A DNA stretch of 64,000 nucleotides. Origin: a virus. Its lineage: Duplodnaviria; Caudoviricetes. The notes below the pieces were generated by a model. That model saw only the letters and a list, made by a program, of their open reading frames with translations. It was not told where the DNA came from and did not search any database. Positions 39,138-47,765 of the stretch are shown one piece after another. Location: positions 13,173 to 77,172 of the IMG/VR virus record IMGVR_UViG_3300010376_000032. The stretch is one strand, 5' to 3'. Numbering within the stretch: the stretch's first letter is position 1; each line of letters begins with the position of its first letter. A program made the position numbers and the translations under genes.

Positions 39138-39304
39138 TGGCCCGCAAGAAGAACCCGGTCCTCCAGAAATATCAGGTGGAGGTGCGGGGCAATCAGTATT
39201 TCGTGGTCAACACGAAGACTCATGTCACCGCGGGCGGTCCGTTCAAGACACGGGAGGCTGCCCAGCACCGGGCAGACCAACTGGAGAGGACTTCCCCCGG
39301 GTGA
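39137..39304 (+). CDS. Small protein (55 aa, not in track)
   Basis: GTG overlaps the upstream stop; MARKKNPVLQKYQVEVRGNQYFVVNTK...GPFKTREAA. Confidence 0.5.
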   Translation: MARKKNPVLQKYQVEVRGNQYFVVNTKTHVTAGGPFKTREAAQHRADQLERTSPG

Positions 39305-40389
39305 CCAATCGCCAGGCCGTCGAGGCCATCATCGCGGAGATCAACAAGGAGCTTGGGCCGGAGACGGTGGTCTGGGGCAGCCAGATCCGTTACTCCGATC
39401 TGCCTCGCATCTCGACGGGATCCTTCGCGCTGGACGTGGCCCTGGGGGGCGGCTGGCAGACCAACGCCTTCCACGAGCTTTACGGCGACGAGTCCTCCGG
39501 CAAGACCACGGTGATCCTCAAGACCATCGCCACCCAGCAGGCTCTCAACCCCGAGCACACCACCTTCTGGGTGGCAGCCGAGGAGTTCGTACCGGCGTGG
39601 GCGCGTGACCTGGGCTGCGACACCGATCGCATCATGGTGATGCAAACCAACATCCTGGAGGAGGCGTGCAACGCCGCCATCAGGGTTCTGGAGAGTAGAA
39701 CCGCCGACGTTCTAGTCATCGACTCCATGCCCGCCCTATCACCGATAAGTGAGGGCGAGGGGACCATGGACGACACCCAGGTGGGCTTGGCGGCGCGGCT
39801 CATCGGCAAGTTCTTCCGGAAGAGCTACACGGCCATGAAGCGCTCCCTGGTGGAGGACGACAGGGCCGTGACCTGCTTCATCGTCAACCAGTGGCGCGAG
39901 AAGATCGGCGTGTTGTTCGGGGATCCCCGCACCACCCCGGGCGGGCGGGCCAAGAACTACTGGTTCACCAGCCGGGTCGAGTTGAAGCGGGATGAGTGGC
40001 TGACCGAGGGGGAGCGCCGCAGCCAGAAGAAGGTGGGCATAACCATCAAGGCCCTGACCAAGAAGAACAAGAGCTTCCCGCCCGAGCGGGTGGCCGTCTT
40101 CGACTTCTACTTCGATCACAACGAGGTGGGCATCTCACCTGGTGCGTATGACACCGCCAAGGAGTTGATCACTCTGGGCCTGGCCCTCGACATCTTCAGG
40201 GTCAAGGGCAGCTACTACCACCTGGGCGAGGACTCCTGGCACGGGCGTTCGGCCCTGGAAGAACAGTGTCGATGGGACTTGACGATGCAACAGAGGTTGC
40301 GAGATGCTGTCCAGTACCAGATAGTCAAGGGAAAGCCAGCAGAGGAGGCCGGTCCCTCCCCCCGCAAGCTGGTCAGGCAGAAGAAGTGA
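39301..40389 (+). CDS. recA: RecA-like recombinase
   Basis: ISTGSFALDVALGGG, GDESSGKT, VIDS, INQ-like VNQWREKIGVLFGDPRTTPGG. Confidence 0.92.
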   Translation: MTNRQAVEAIIAEINKELGPETVVWGSQIRYSDLPRISTGSFALDVALGGGWQTNAFHELYGDESSGKTTVILKTIATQQALNPEHTTFWVAAEEFVPAWARDLGCDTDRIMVMQTNILEEACNAAIRVLESRTADVLVIDSMPALSPISEGEGTMDDTQVGLAARLIGKFFRKSYTAMKRSLVEDDRAVTCFIVNQWREKIGVLFGDPRTTPGGRAKNYWFTSRVELKRDEWLTEGERRSQKKVGITIKALTKKNKSFPPERVAVFDFYFDHNEVGISPGAYDTAKELITLGLALDIFRVKGSYYHLGEDSWHGRSALEEQCRWDLTMQQRLRDAVQYQIVKGKPAEEAGPSPRKLVRQKK

Positions 40390-40991
40390 GTGTCCGTCAG
40401 CGGCTCCTGTTGTCGAAGCAGCAGGAGTCAGAGGGGATGAAGCGCTTTGGCGGTGTCCGGAACCCGCGTTCTGGTGCGCGTTGGGACCGCCGTAACGACG
40501 GTCGCACCGACACAGAACTCATCGAGTTCAAGCGCACAGATAACGCTCGCGGCATCCGCCTCCTCGCTGACGACCTCGACGCTCTCTACCAACACGCCGT
40601 GGCAGAGTGCCGCCTCCCTGTTCTCGGCTTTGAGCTATGTGGAAAACACTGGGTCGTACTCCCTGAACCCGACTATCACGAACTGGCTGCTCTACGACGA
40701 GCACCAGGTACTGGCGGCGATCTACGAGCGGATGAACATCGGGGAATGGAGCCATCGGGCCAAGTGTCACGGCCTGCCAGGAAACCTGTTCTACGCCGAG
40801 TACCAGCACAACAACAGCCAGGTCCAAGAGGCCCGAAGCGTGTGCCTGGGAACCCATCCGGACCACCCCGGTGTGTGCCCGGTGATCCAAGAGTGTCTCG
40901 ACTACGCGATCAACAACGGGGAGAGGTACGGCGTCTGGGGCGGGTGTTCCGAAAGGGAGCGCCGCCGGATCAAGCGCCAGCGGCACCGTGA
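40386..40991 (+). CDS. PD-(D/E)XK nuclease, Hjc-like resolvase
   Basis: QE...SGA...NDG...LIEFKRT...PVLGFE. Confidence 0.6.
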   Translation: MSVRQRLLLSKQQESEGMKRFGGVRNPRSGARWDRRNDGRTDTELIEFKRTDNARGIRLLADDLDALYQHAVAECRLPVLGFELCGKHWVVLPEPDYHELAALRRAPGTGGDLRADEHRGMEPSGQVSRPARKPVLRRVPAQQQPGPRGPKRVPGNPSGPPRCVPGDPRVSRLRDQQRGEVRRLGRVFRKGAPPDQAPAAP

Positions 40992-41172
40992 GGAAGCTCT
41001 CGCGAACGGGAACGTCATCCCGCTCGACACACCGCCCGGTGATCGACAAGAACCTGCGGGCGTTGTTAGAAACGACCAAGCGGGACACCCGACTCCTTGG
41101 CGACGTTCAAAGGCTCTTATTGCAGCCTGGCGAGCACAACGGGCCGAGGAACGATGCGCTGCATCCTTCTGA
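40732..41172 (+). CDS. whiB: WhiB-family regulator (second copy)
   Basis: WSHRAKC...C...CPVIQECLDYAI...GVWGGCSERERR. Confidence 0.85.
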   Translation: MNIGEWSHRAKCHGLPGNLFYAEYQHNNSQVQEARSVCLGTHPDHPGVCPVIQECLDYAINNGERYGVWGGCSERERRRIKRQRHREEALANGNVIPLDTPPGDRQEPAGVVRNDQAGHPTPWRRSKALIAAWRAQRAEERCAASF

Positions 41173-42031
41173 GATCTCCCACTCCGACTGGTGCCCCCGG
41201 GCCAGCTACTACCGCCTGGCGGGGGTAGTACCCCATACCGATCCGCCTGCCACGTACTGGCAGATGCAGATGGTCTTCGATGAGGGCAAGGAGATCCACC
41301 ACAAGTGGCAAAAAAGGATGTGGGATCTAGGCCGGTTGTGGGGCACGTTTTATTGCCAGGATTGTCACTACGCCTGGGGCGCCACCGCCCCCCAGAATTG
41401 CGAGAAGTGCGGAGCCAGGCGGGAGTTCTTGCGCTACCACGAGATCCCACTGGCCAACCGGAACCTCAACATGGCCGGTCACGCCGATGGGGGGTTGGAG
41501 CAGAGCCTGGTGGAGATCAAGTCCATTGGCCTGGGCACCCTTCGGTTTGAGGCCCCAGGGCTGATCAAGGACCACACCTACCGCTTCAACATCAACGGGA
41601 AATCTAGAGAATTTCTAGATTACGACGGGCTGTGGGACGCCATTCGCAGGCCGTTCCCCTCCCACGTTCGACAGGGCGATTTCTACTGCTACCTGAGCCG
41701 CCGCTACGTCGAGGTGATCTTCATCTACGAGTGCAAGTGGAACCAGAGAGTCAAAGAGATGATTGTTCCGCACCGGGTGGAGCGCATCCAAGACCGGCTA
41801 GACATGTGCAGCAGGATCACCAAGGCGCTCCAGGGCGGACGAATCCCGGTATGCCCCTTCGATGGCTGCGCCGACTGTCAACGCTACGAGGAGAAGCATG
41901 CAGACAGAGGCCCCGTCCTCACCAGGCGAGCGGCGTCTGAAGCGCAGGCCCCCACTCGACCTGCACGAGACGCTGCTGAAAATGGTCAACGGCAGTCGCC
42001 GCGCCGTTTATCAAGATCTGGGGATCGATGA
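41039..42031 (+). CDS. Cas4/RecB-like exonuclease with putative Fe-S/Zn ligands
   Basis: HPSEI...WCPRA; GHADG...EIKS; QxxxY; C-terminal CPFDGCADC. Confidence 0.7.
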   Translation: MIDKNLRALLETTKRDTRLLGDVQRLLLQPGEHNGPRNDALHPSEISHSDWCPRASYYRLAGVVPHTDPPATYWQMQMVFDEGKEIHHKWQKRMWDLGRLWGTFYCQDCHYAWGATAPQNCEKCGARREFLRYHEIPLANRNLNMAGHADGGLEQSLVEIKSIGLGTLRFEAPGLIKDHTYRFNINGKSREFLDYDGLWDAIRRPFPSHVRQGDFYCYLSRRYVEVIFIYECKWNQRVKEMIVPHRVERIQDRLDMCSRITKALQGGRIPVCPFDGCADCQRYEEKHADRGPVLTRRAASEAQAPTRPARDAAENGQRQSPRRLSRSGDR

Positions 42032-42461
42032 GCCAACCAGCCCCGACTTTCAACCGCCCAAGCTGGAGCCGGACATCGATGACCTCACCGATAAACAACT
42101 CATGGATCAGTTCGTCAAGTTCACCCGGTGGACCGATTATTTCCAGAACCAACTCGCCATCGAGGAGATCTACGAGCGCTACGCCGATGCGGAGGTGCGC
42201 CGCCTGGAGGGTCTGTACATGGCAGCCAACAAACCCGATCGGGTCACCGAGGCGGTCACCTGGGTGCGGGCGCAGATGGAGTCGGACCGGACCATCCAGG
42301 AGGCCCGCGACGCCCATCGGATCATCTACGCCCGCCGGAAGCTGAAGCAGATGCTGTTTGAGAGCGCCGAACGCGACGCCGCCGTGGTGAGCCGCGAACT
42401 GACCCGGCGCACTGACGCCAAGTCACCCGGGTACCGGCGTGCGGACCGAGGCGCCCCATGA
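41982..42461 (+). CDS. Helical recombination-associated protein (UvsY-like?)
   Basis: Coiled-coil ending VVSRELTRR. Confidence 0.45.
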   Translation: MVNGSRRAVYQDLGIDEPTSPDFQPPKLEPDIDDLTDKQLMDQFVKFTRWTDYFQNQLAIEEIYERYADAEVRRLEGLYMAANKPDRVTEAVTWVRAQMESDRTIQEARDAHRIIYARRKLKQMLFESAERDAAVVSRELTRRTDAKSPGYRRADRGAP

Positions 42462-42616
42462 GTGCCCGCACCTGGGTGGTGGAGGGCAAGGTGCTGGGCC
42501 GATTTTCCTATGAGTGTGAGTACTGCGGGTACTGCGGGGGCAACTACGCCAACCGGGAAGAGGCTGAGGTCTACGCCGAGATCCACGGCAGCATGCAGGT
42601 ACCGGAGCACCGATGA
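42458..42616 (+). CDS. Small Cys protein (52 aa, not in track)
   Basis: ATGA overlaps at both ends; YECEYCG...AEIH. Confidence 0.55.
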   Translation: MSARTWVVEGKVLGRFSYECEYCGYCGGNYANREEAEVYAEIHGSMQVPEHR

Positions 42617-42927
42617 CTGACCTGGTCAACCACCCACCTCACTATGGCAGCCATCCCTCCGGTGTCGAGTGCATCGTCATCACCGAGCACTACAACTTCA
42701 ATGTCGGCAACGCCATCAAGTACCTGTGGCGAGCGGGCCTCAAGGATGGGGTCGACCCGATCGAAGACCTGAGGAAGGCAGCGTGGTACGTCAACCGAGA
42801 GATCGAGCGACTGATGTTGCGGCCCATCTCTTCCGAACCACTGACACCTACCGCTGCGGAGTCTGCGGCGAGTACTGGGAACACCACAACCACCTGGAAG
42901 AACACAAACGAGTATCGACGTTCATGA
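42613..42927 (+). CDS. DUF3310-family protein
   Basis: VNHPPHY...VECI...GNAIKYLWRAGLK...EDLRKAAWY. Confidence 0.85.
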   Translation: MTDLVNHPPHYGSHPSGVECIVITEHYNFNVGNAIKYLWRAGLKDGVDPIEDLRKAAWYVNREIERLMLRPISSEPLTPTAAESAASTGNTTTTWKNTNEYRRS

Positions 42928-43517
42928 CCGACATCTACATAGGCATCGACCCTGGCTCCAAGAACTGCGCCCTGGTGGCCTGGTCACCAACCCGAGGGCT
43001 GATCACCACCTGGAAGCCCAAGCCCCCCATGCCGACAGGTGTGCTGCGCCTCCGCAAGCTGATGGTGGAGATTGACCGGGAACTGAAGAAGCTAGAGGTT
43101 CACGACGGCGTCATCAAGCAGGTGGCCATGGAGTCGTACTCCATGGCCGAGAAGTACGGCCAGCACGCCTCCGGTGAGATCGGCGCCGCCATCAAGCTCA
43201 CCGTCCTGGCCCATTTCGCCAGCGATGACCGGCGGGCCTTCCCGGTACTGGTAGCCCCCCAGCAGTTAAAAAAGTTCGCCACCGGCAATGGAAACACGAA
43301 AAAAGAACTGCTACCGAAGGAAATATTAAAGCGCTGGGATGTAGACTTCAACGACATGAATATTGCTGAAGCGTACGTGCTGGCTCGTCTGGCATATGCT
43401 GTGGAGGCCAGACCCGAGGGCTTGACCCAGTTCCAGTGGGATGTGGTCACTGCCGTGGACGGGCGCACGGAATGGGTGGCCCTCCCGCAACGCCGACTGG
43501 TGCGGGTGGGCAGGTAG
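42924..43517 (+). CDS. ruvC: RuvC-like Holliday junction resolvase
   Basis: YIGIDPG, VAMESY, PQQLKKFATGNGN, DMNIAEA. Confidence 0.8.
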   Translation: MTDIYIGIDPGSKNCALVAWSPTRGLITTWKPKPPMPTGVLRLRKLMVEIDRELKKLEVHDGVIKQVAMESYSMAEKYGQHASGEIGAAIKLTVLAHFASDDRRAFPVLVAPQQLKKFATGNGNTKKELLPKEILKRWDVDFNDMNIAEAYVLARLAYAVEARPEGLTQFQWDVVTAVDGRTEWVALPQRRLVRVGR

Positions 43518-43531
43518 CCCCGCCGTAGGCT

Positions 43532-44053
43532 TTGGGCATGGCAGATCAGCGCAGAGTAGGACACGCGATTCGTCGCCGCATGGGTGCTTCCTCCAGCCAT
43601 CTTGGTCAGGCTGGCGGTCCAGGCGGTTCCTGGAGTCCTCCGTTTGCAGCCTCTCCAGGAGGCGAAGCTGCTCTCTCCCAGGCCGAAGCCACAGCCCGGG
43701 GGAATGTTCAGGTTCCGATAGCAGGAGGTCGGTCTATGGGTACTAGTCATATCAAGGGTGTGCCGGATGAGTATCCGACCGGCACCGACACGGTTGGTCG
43801 AGGCGCCAAGCCGCCCCTGGGCGACAATGCCGCCTTCGCCAGCGGTGTGAGCGCCGGGGTCCAGGCAGAGCCACATCCGCCTCGCACCCGTGGCGGGCCG
43901 GAGTTGGCCAACGCCAGGCTCACGGTGTCGCCGTCGATGAAGGTGCCGCAGGAGTCACCGGTCCCGACGCAGGCCCAGGGCCGCATCGTGCCCTCGACGC
44001 CGAGCCGTCAGGGATCGTTCGGTGTCGGCCAGCAAGAAGCGGGGATGGGATGA
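43532..44053 (+). CDS. Disordered Gly/Pro-rich hypothetical protein
   Basis: 173 aa low complexity. Confidence 0.5.
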   Translation: MGMADQRRVGHAIRRRMGASSSHLGQAGGPGGSWSPPFAASPGGEAALSQAEATARGNVQVPIAGGRSMGTSHIKGVPDEYPTGTDTVGRGAKPPLGDNAAFASGVSAGVQAEPHPPRTRGGPELANARLTVSPSMKVPQESPVPTQAQGRIVPSTPSRQGSFGVGQQEAGMG

Positions 44054-44292
44054 GCGACCGAGGCGTCTTCCAGGGACCAGCGCCGCAGAACATCGGACCC
44101 GGCAGCTACGAGTACGCCCAGCATGTCAACAAGGAACCGCACGGGCCGACGTACGACATGGTTGTGAGTGAAAAAGCCGCTGAGACTAAAGACCCTCAGA
44201 ACCCGCATTTTCTGGGACAGCTTCTTCCGGTGGCACATTCTCGCTCCGATGAGGTGCGTAGTTTTTTTGACGCTACGTCCATAACAGGGTAA
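44050..44292 (+). CDS. Hypothetical protein
   Basis: ATGA-coupled, 80 aa. Confidence 0.5.
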   Translation: MSDRGVFQGPAPQNIGPGSYEYAQHVNKEPHGPTYDMVVSEKAAETKDPQNPHFLGQLLPVAHSRSDEVRSFFDATSITG

Positions 44293-44296
44293 ACCC

Positions 44297-44800
44297 ATGC
44301 CCAGGGGCGTCTTCACCCCGTGGCAATATCTGCCGCCATACAACTTCGGCGCGCCCGGCAATGCCAACACCGTTGGCGGCGGGGGCGGCATGGGGCCGTA
44401 CTTCCGCGATGCCCTCGATGCTCGCCGGTCGATGTACAACCAGACGCCCGAGGCCATGTACCCCGACGGGTATCTGGGCACGATCAACACCAGGCGCCAG
44501 GACCGCCTCCTTGACAGCCTGAAGAACCGGGCCAACCAGCGGTCCTACACGCGCGGCGTCCACAAGGGTGAGCGGATCGATCCGGCTGACTACTTCTTCC
44601 CCCCTGAGCTACAACCCACCGCTGGCTTGACTCGCCAGATGCAGGCCGTGCCGGTGGACACCATGTTCCTGAACGAGCGCTACGCCCCCAAGCAGGAACT
44701 CGTGCCGCAGTTCAGTCCGCGCCAGCAGTCCATGTGGGGGGCCGATCCCGGCATCGGACGTACGACCCAGCTTAAGAAGCTGGCCCCACCCTGGAGGTAA
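44297..44800 (+). CDS. Probable virion protein
   Basis: YPDGYLGTI..RRQDRLLDSLK...RGVHKGERID. Confidence 0.55.
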   Translation: MPRGVFTPWQYLPPYNFGAPGNANTVGGGGGMGPYFRDALDARRSMYNQTPEAMYPDGYLGTINTRRQDRLLDSLKNRANQRSYTRGVHKGERIDPADYFFPPELQPTAGLTRQMQAVPVDTMFLNERYAPKQELVPQFSPRQQSMWGADPGIGRTTQLKKLAPPWR

Positions 44801-44802
44801 TT

Positions 44803-45507
44803 GTGGCCGAGAGCTTCGGACGACGACTGCTGCGTAAGGCACTACCCGGTCTGGGGGAAGAACAGACGACGTTCGCCACCCGCCCGATAGCCGGACCCAC
44901 CTCAGGTCAGGGAGTGGGCGGATTTCTCCGGAACTTGGGTACCCAGTTCAACAACCCAGAGGTGAACCGGCAGGTACAGGGGCACGCCTACAACCTGGAG
45001 TACGCCCGTCATTTTCGCGACGCCGGACTGGGTTCCGCCATCCACTACACGATCACGGGCGAAGTTCCCCACGGCCTGCGGCACACGGCGCGGCAGCGCC
45101 AACAAGTGAACCGGCAGGTACGAGGCGTCAATCCCGGCCACGTCGAGGCCACACCGTGGGAACCCAGTGCAGAGGACTGGCGGCGGTCAGCGGGCGGGGG
45201 ACGGCCCCCGACAGCCGACGAATGGAACCGGCAGCGTCGGGCACAGGCCAGAAATCAGCGTATGAAGAACGCCTGGGGCGCACCGGCTCCCTCTGAGGAG
45301 CAGATGGAAGAAGACGACTGGGCCGAAGGTCATCAGGCCGAGTCGCGGCGTCAGAATCGAGCCGCCTACAAACGCAACATGGGCACCCCGCAGAGGCGCC
45401 CTCCGGATTTCTCCGAAACCGGAGGTACGTCCGACCTCAAGGAGCACATCGAATCGATGAAGAGGTCAGGGCAGGACCGTAGCGATCTGCGTAGGTGGAC
45501 GCCATGA
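44803..45507 (+). CDS. Disordered R/Q-rich hypothetical protein
   Basis: GGAGG RBS, 234 aa. Confidence 0.5.
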   Translation: MAESFGRRLLRKALPGLGEEQTTFATRPIAGPTSGQGVGGFLRNLGTQFNNPEVNRQVQGHAYNLEYARHFRDAGLGSAIHYTITGEVPHGLRHTARQRQQVNRQVRGVNPGHVEATPWEPSAEDWRRSAGGGRPPTADEWNRQRRAQARNQRMKNAWGAPAPSEEQMEEDDWAEGHQAESRRQNRAAYKRNMGTPQRRPPDFSETGGTSDLKEHIESMKRSGQDRSDLRRWTP

Positions 45508-46352
45508 GCTTTGTCTTTGACGAGTTCTTCCCCTTCGATCCCGGCCATGGCGCCAGCGCCAACTCCGCTCGCTGGCGGAAGATGGCCCAGCTATGGGCAT
45601 CGGACGGTGTGCTGAACAACTACCTGAACGAGATGAACGCTACGCAGGCCGGTACCCAGGTCACGGTGCAGACCGGCGCCGTGTTCATCCACGGCTACTA
45701 CGCCGAGCTTGCCACTCAGCAGACCTTCACCGTGGGGACGAACGGCACCATCGTGGCTCAGGTCAATATGGCCATCAACAGCGAGGTCATCAACCTGGTC
45801 TATCGCGACGGCGTGATCGACTACGGCAGCAACCCGGCCAACAGCTACGAGCAAGACGCCAACATCTGGGAGATCCCCATCTGGCTGATCAGCGCCGGGA
45901 GCCTGGTCGACCTCCGCACCAAGATCAACCCAGCCACCGGGTTGCGGTGGTGGGCGCAGTCCGCCGCCGCGGTATCGATCCCGACCTCTACCACCAGTAA
46001 CTTCATTTTCGGTACAGCCCGCATCCCCTACAAGGCCACCGGCTTTCTGCATGGCACTCTGCTGCTGCAGTTCTCGGATCTGAGCATCGCCCAGACGGCC
46101 CCTTGCACCATGGTGTACCAGAACGGAGCCGGGGATCAGCAACTCAGTCCCACGGTCACACCGTCGATCTCGGGGGGCGGACCAGCCGGTCAGAACATTT
46201 GGATGCCGGTTGCTCTGACTGGCTCTATACCGGTCACACAAGGAAAGAAGACCTTCGGATGGAGAGTGACATGCGGGAGCGGGACAGCGGGGATCCAGGT
46301 GGCGTCGATGACGCTGAGCCTGTGGACGGGGGGAGTAACCGCGGCGGCGTAA
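45504..46352 (+). CDS. Minor tail/fibre protein, paralog A
   Basis: N-terminal FPFDPG...RWRKMAQLW..DGV domain. Confidence 0.6.
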   Translation: MSFVFDEFFPFDPGHGASANSARWRKMAQLWASDGVLNNYLNEMNATQAGTQVTVQTGAVFIHGYYAELATQQTFTVGTNGTIVAQVNMAINSEVINLVYRDGVIDYGSNPANSYEQDANIWEIPIWLISAGSLVDLRTKINPATGLRWWAQSAAAVSIPTSTTSNFIFGTARIPYKATGFLHGTLLLQFSDLSIAQTAPCTMVYQNGAGDQQLSPTVTPSISGGGPAGQNIWMPVALTGSIPVTQGKKTFGWRVTCGSGTAGIQVASMTLSLWTGGVTAAA

Positions 46353-46504
46353 TCACTTATGTCCTCGATGAGGATGGCACCCTGATCAACGAAGAGACGG
46401 GCGAACCGGTGCCCGTCCAGGAAGACCTGGTTCCCACCGAGACGCTGCCCGATTGGCTGTGGAAGCAGCACCTGTCCCAACCACCGCAGGAGCCTGAAGA
46501 ATGA
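46352..46504 (+). CDS. Small acidic protein with possible non-AUG start
   Basis: TYVLDEDGTLINEETGEPV...; TAATC where TAATG coupling is expected. Confidence 0.45.
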   Translation: MTYVLDEDGTLINEETGEPVPVQEDLVPTETLPDWLWKQHLSQPPQEPEE

Positions 46505-47337
46505 CCGTAGTTGATAGCTACTTCCCGTTCGACAGTGGCACCGGATCCATTGCCACGCCAGCCCACTGGCGCTCCATGTCGCGAAACTGGCAACCGCCAG
46601 GAGTCATCCCTGGTATCAGCAATCAGTGCAACCCAACCATCGCCGGGTCCGTAGTAACAGTCAACACCGGAGCGATGTGGATCGACGGCTTCTACGGAGA
46701 GATCACCATCGCCAAGACCGTCAGCGTGAGCGGTAACGGCATGGTCGTTGGGCGAGCAGACCCCAATGACAAGACAATCAAGATCTATTTCGTAGCCAAC
46801 CAGACCGTTCCAGCCCAGCCTGCGAACACCACGGGTATCTACGAGATACCTATTGCCCAGATCACTGGCACCACACTCGCGGACATACGTCAGTACAGCT
46901 ACGGGCTTGTCGTCCCGTGCGGTCACGCCGCCGCGAACAACCAGACCATCCAGACTGCTGACGGCACCTGGTTCCAGATCGGATATCTGGGCACGAACTG
47001 GTTCAAAGGCGGAATGGGATTCGCAGGCAGCACCATGACCGTACCCACCGATGGGGTGTACCACGTCGATGCTTTGGTCACCTACCAGGCCAGCAACAAC
47101 GTGGTGCCAGCCGGTCGTTACGTCTGTGGTATCCGCCAGAACAATGTCACCATCGCCCAAGGGGAGGATCATCCTTCCGTCAGTGCCTTCCCGCAGCCGA
47201 AGTGTTCAGTTCTGGCGAACTGCAAGGCGAAGGACACCATCAACATGTGGGGCTGGAAGCAGAACGGAGGCGTAGCCGTAGCTTCTTATGGCATTAACTG
47301 GATGTGCTATCTGTCAGTGGGATTTATATCGCGATGA
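46501..47337 (+). CDS. Minor tail/fibre protein, paralog B (C1q-like C-terminus)
   Basis: YFPFDSG...HWRSMSRNW..PGV; MTVPTDGVYHVDA. Confidence 0.6.
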   Translation: MTVVDSYFPFDSGTGSIATPAHWRSMSRNWQPPGVIPGISNQCNPTIAGSVVTVNTGAMWIDGFYGEITIAKTVSVSGNGMVVGRADPNDKTIKIYFVANQTVPAQPANTTGIYEIPIAQITGTTLADIRQYSYGLVVPCGHAAANNQTIQTADGTWFQIGYLGTNWFKGGMGFAGSTMTVPTDGVYHVDALVTYQASNNVVPAGRYVCGIRQNNVTIAQGEDHPSVSAFPQPKCSVLANCKAKDTINMWGWKQNGGVAVASYGINWMCYLSVGFISR

Positions 47338-47765
47338 CCTTCGTCCTGCCCGCCCAGTTTCGGCAGCTTCCTCCCATCTGGGAGATCGCCCAGCCCTTCA
47401 AGATTGGTGATTCCAACGCCATTGCTTTCGACCAGGATCCATACATGTGGGCACGCAACCACATCCTGGCGCTGCTCTTGACCAACCCGGGCGAGCGGGT
47501 CATGCGACCGAACTACGGCGTCGGCATTTACAGCCTGGTCTTTGAGAACGACAACCCGTTAATGGAGGCCCAGATCATCGCCGCCATCAACTCGGGTCTG
47601 TCTGCCTACGAGCCGAATATCACCGTCAACGAGTGTGTGTTCGTGCCTCAGCCGGATTATTCGGGGGTGATGGAGATTCAGATCGCCTTCACGGTAGGCA
47701 GCGCCCCGAGCATCTACAGCATCGCCTTCACTGTTGGCGGCAACACCGTCGAGGTGAGCCAATGA
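47334..47765 (+). CDS. gp25-like baseplate/sheath-initiator protein
   Basis: LLLTNPGERVMRPNYGVGI...YEPNITV. Confidence 0.85.
   Translation: MTFVLPAQFRQLPPIWEIAQPFKIGDSNAIAFDQDPYMWARNHILALLLTNPGERVMRPNYGVGIYSLVFENDNPLMEAQIIAAINSGLSAYEPNITVNECVFVPQPDYSGVMEIQIAFTVGSAPSIYSIAFTVGGNTVEVSQ

Noticed and set aside
39695-39715. TAGAAC-N7-GTTCTA palindrome in recA as an SOS box
   Set aside because: Spacing and sequence differ from the actinobacterial LexA box CGAAC-N4-GTTCG; single intragenic occurrence.
41601-41621. AATCTAGA-N5-TCTAGATT palindrome in the Cas4-like gene
   Set aside because: Single occurrence that does not match the recurrent 17-mer; no supporting context.
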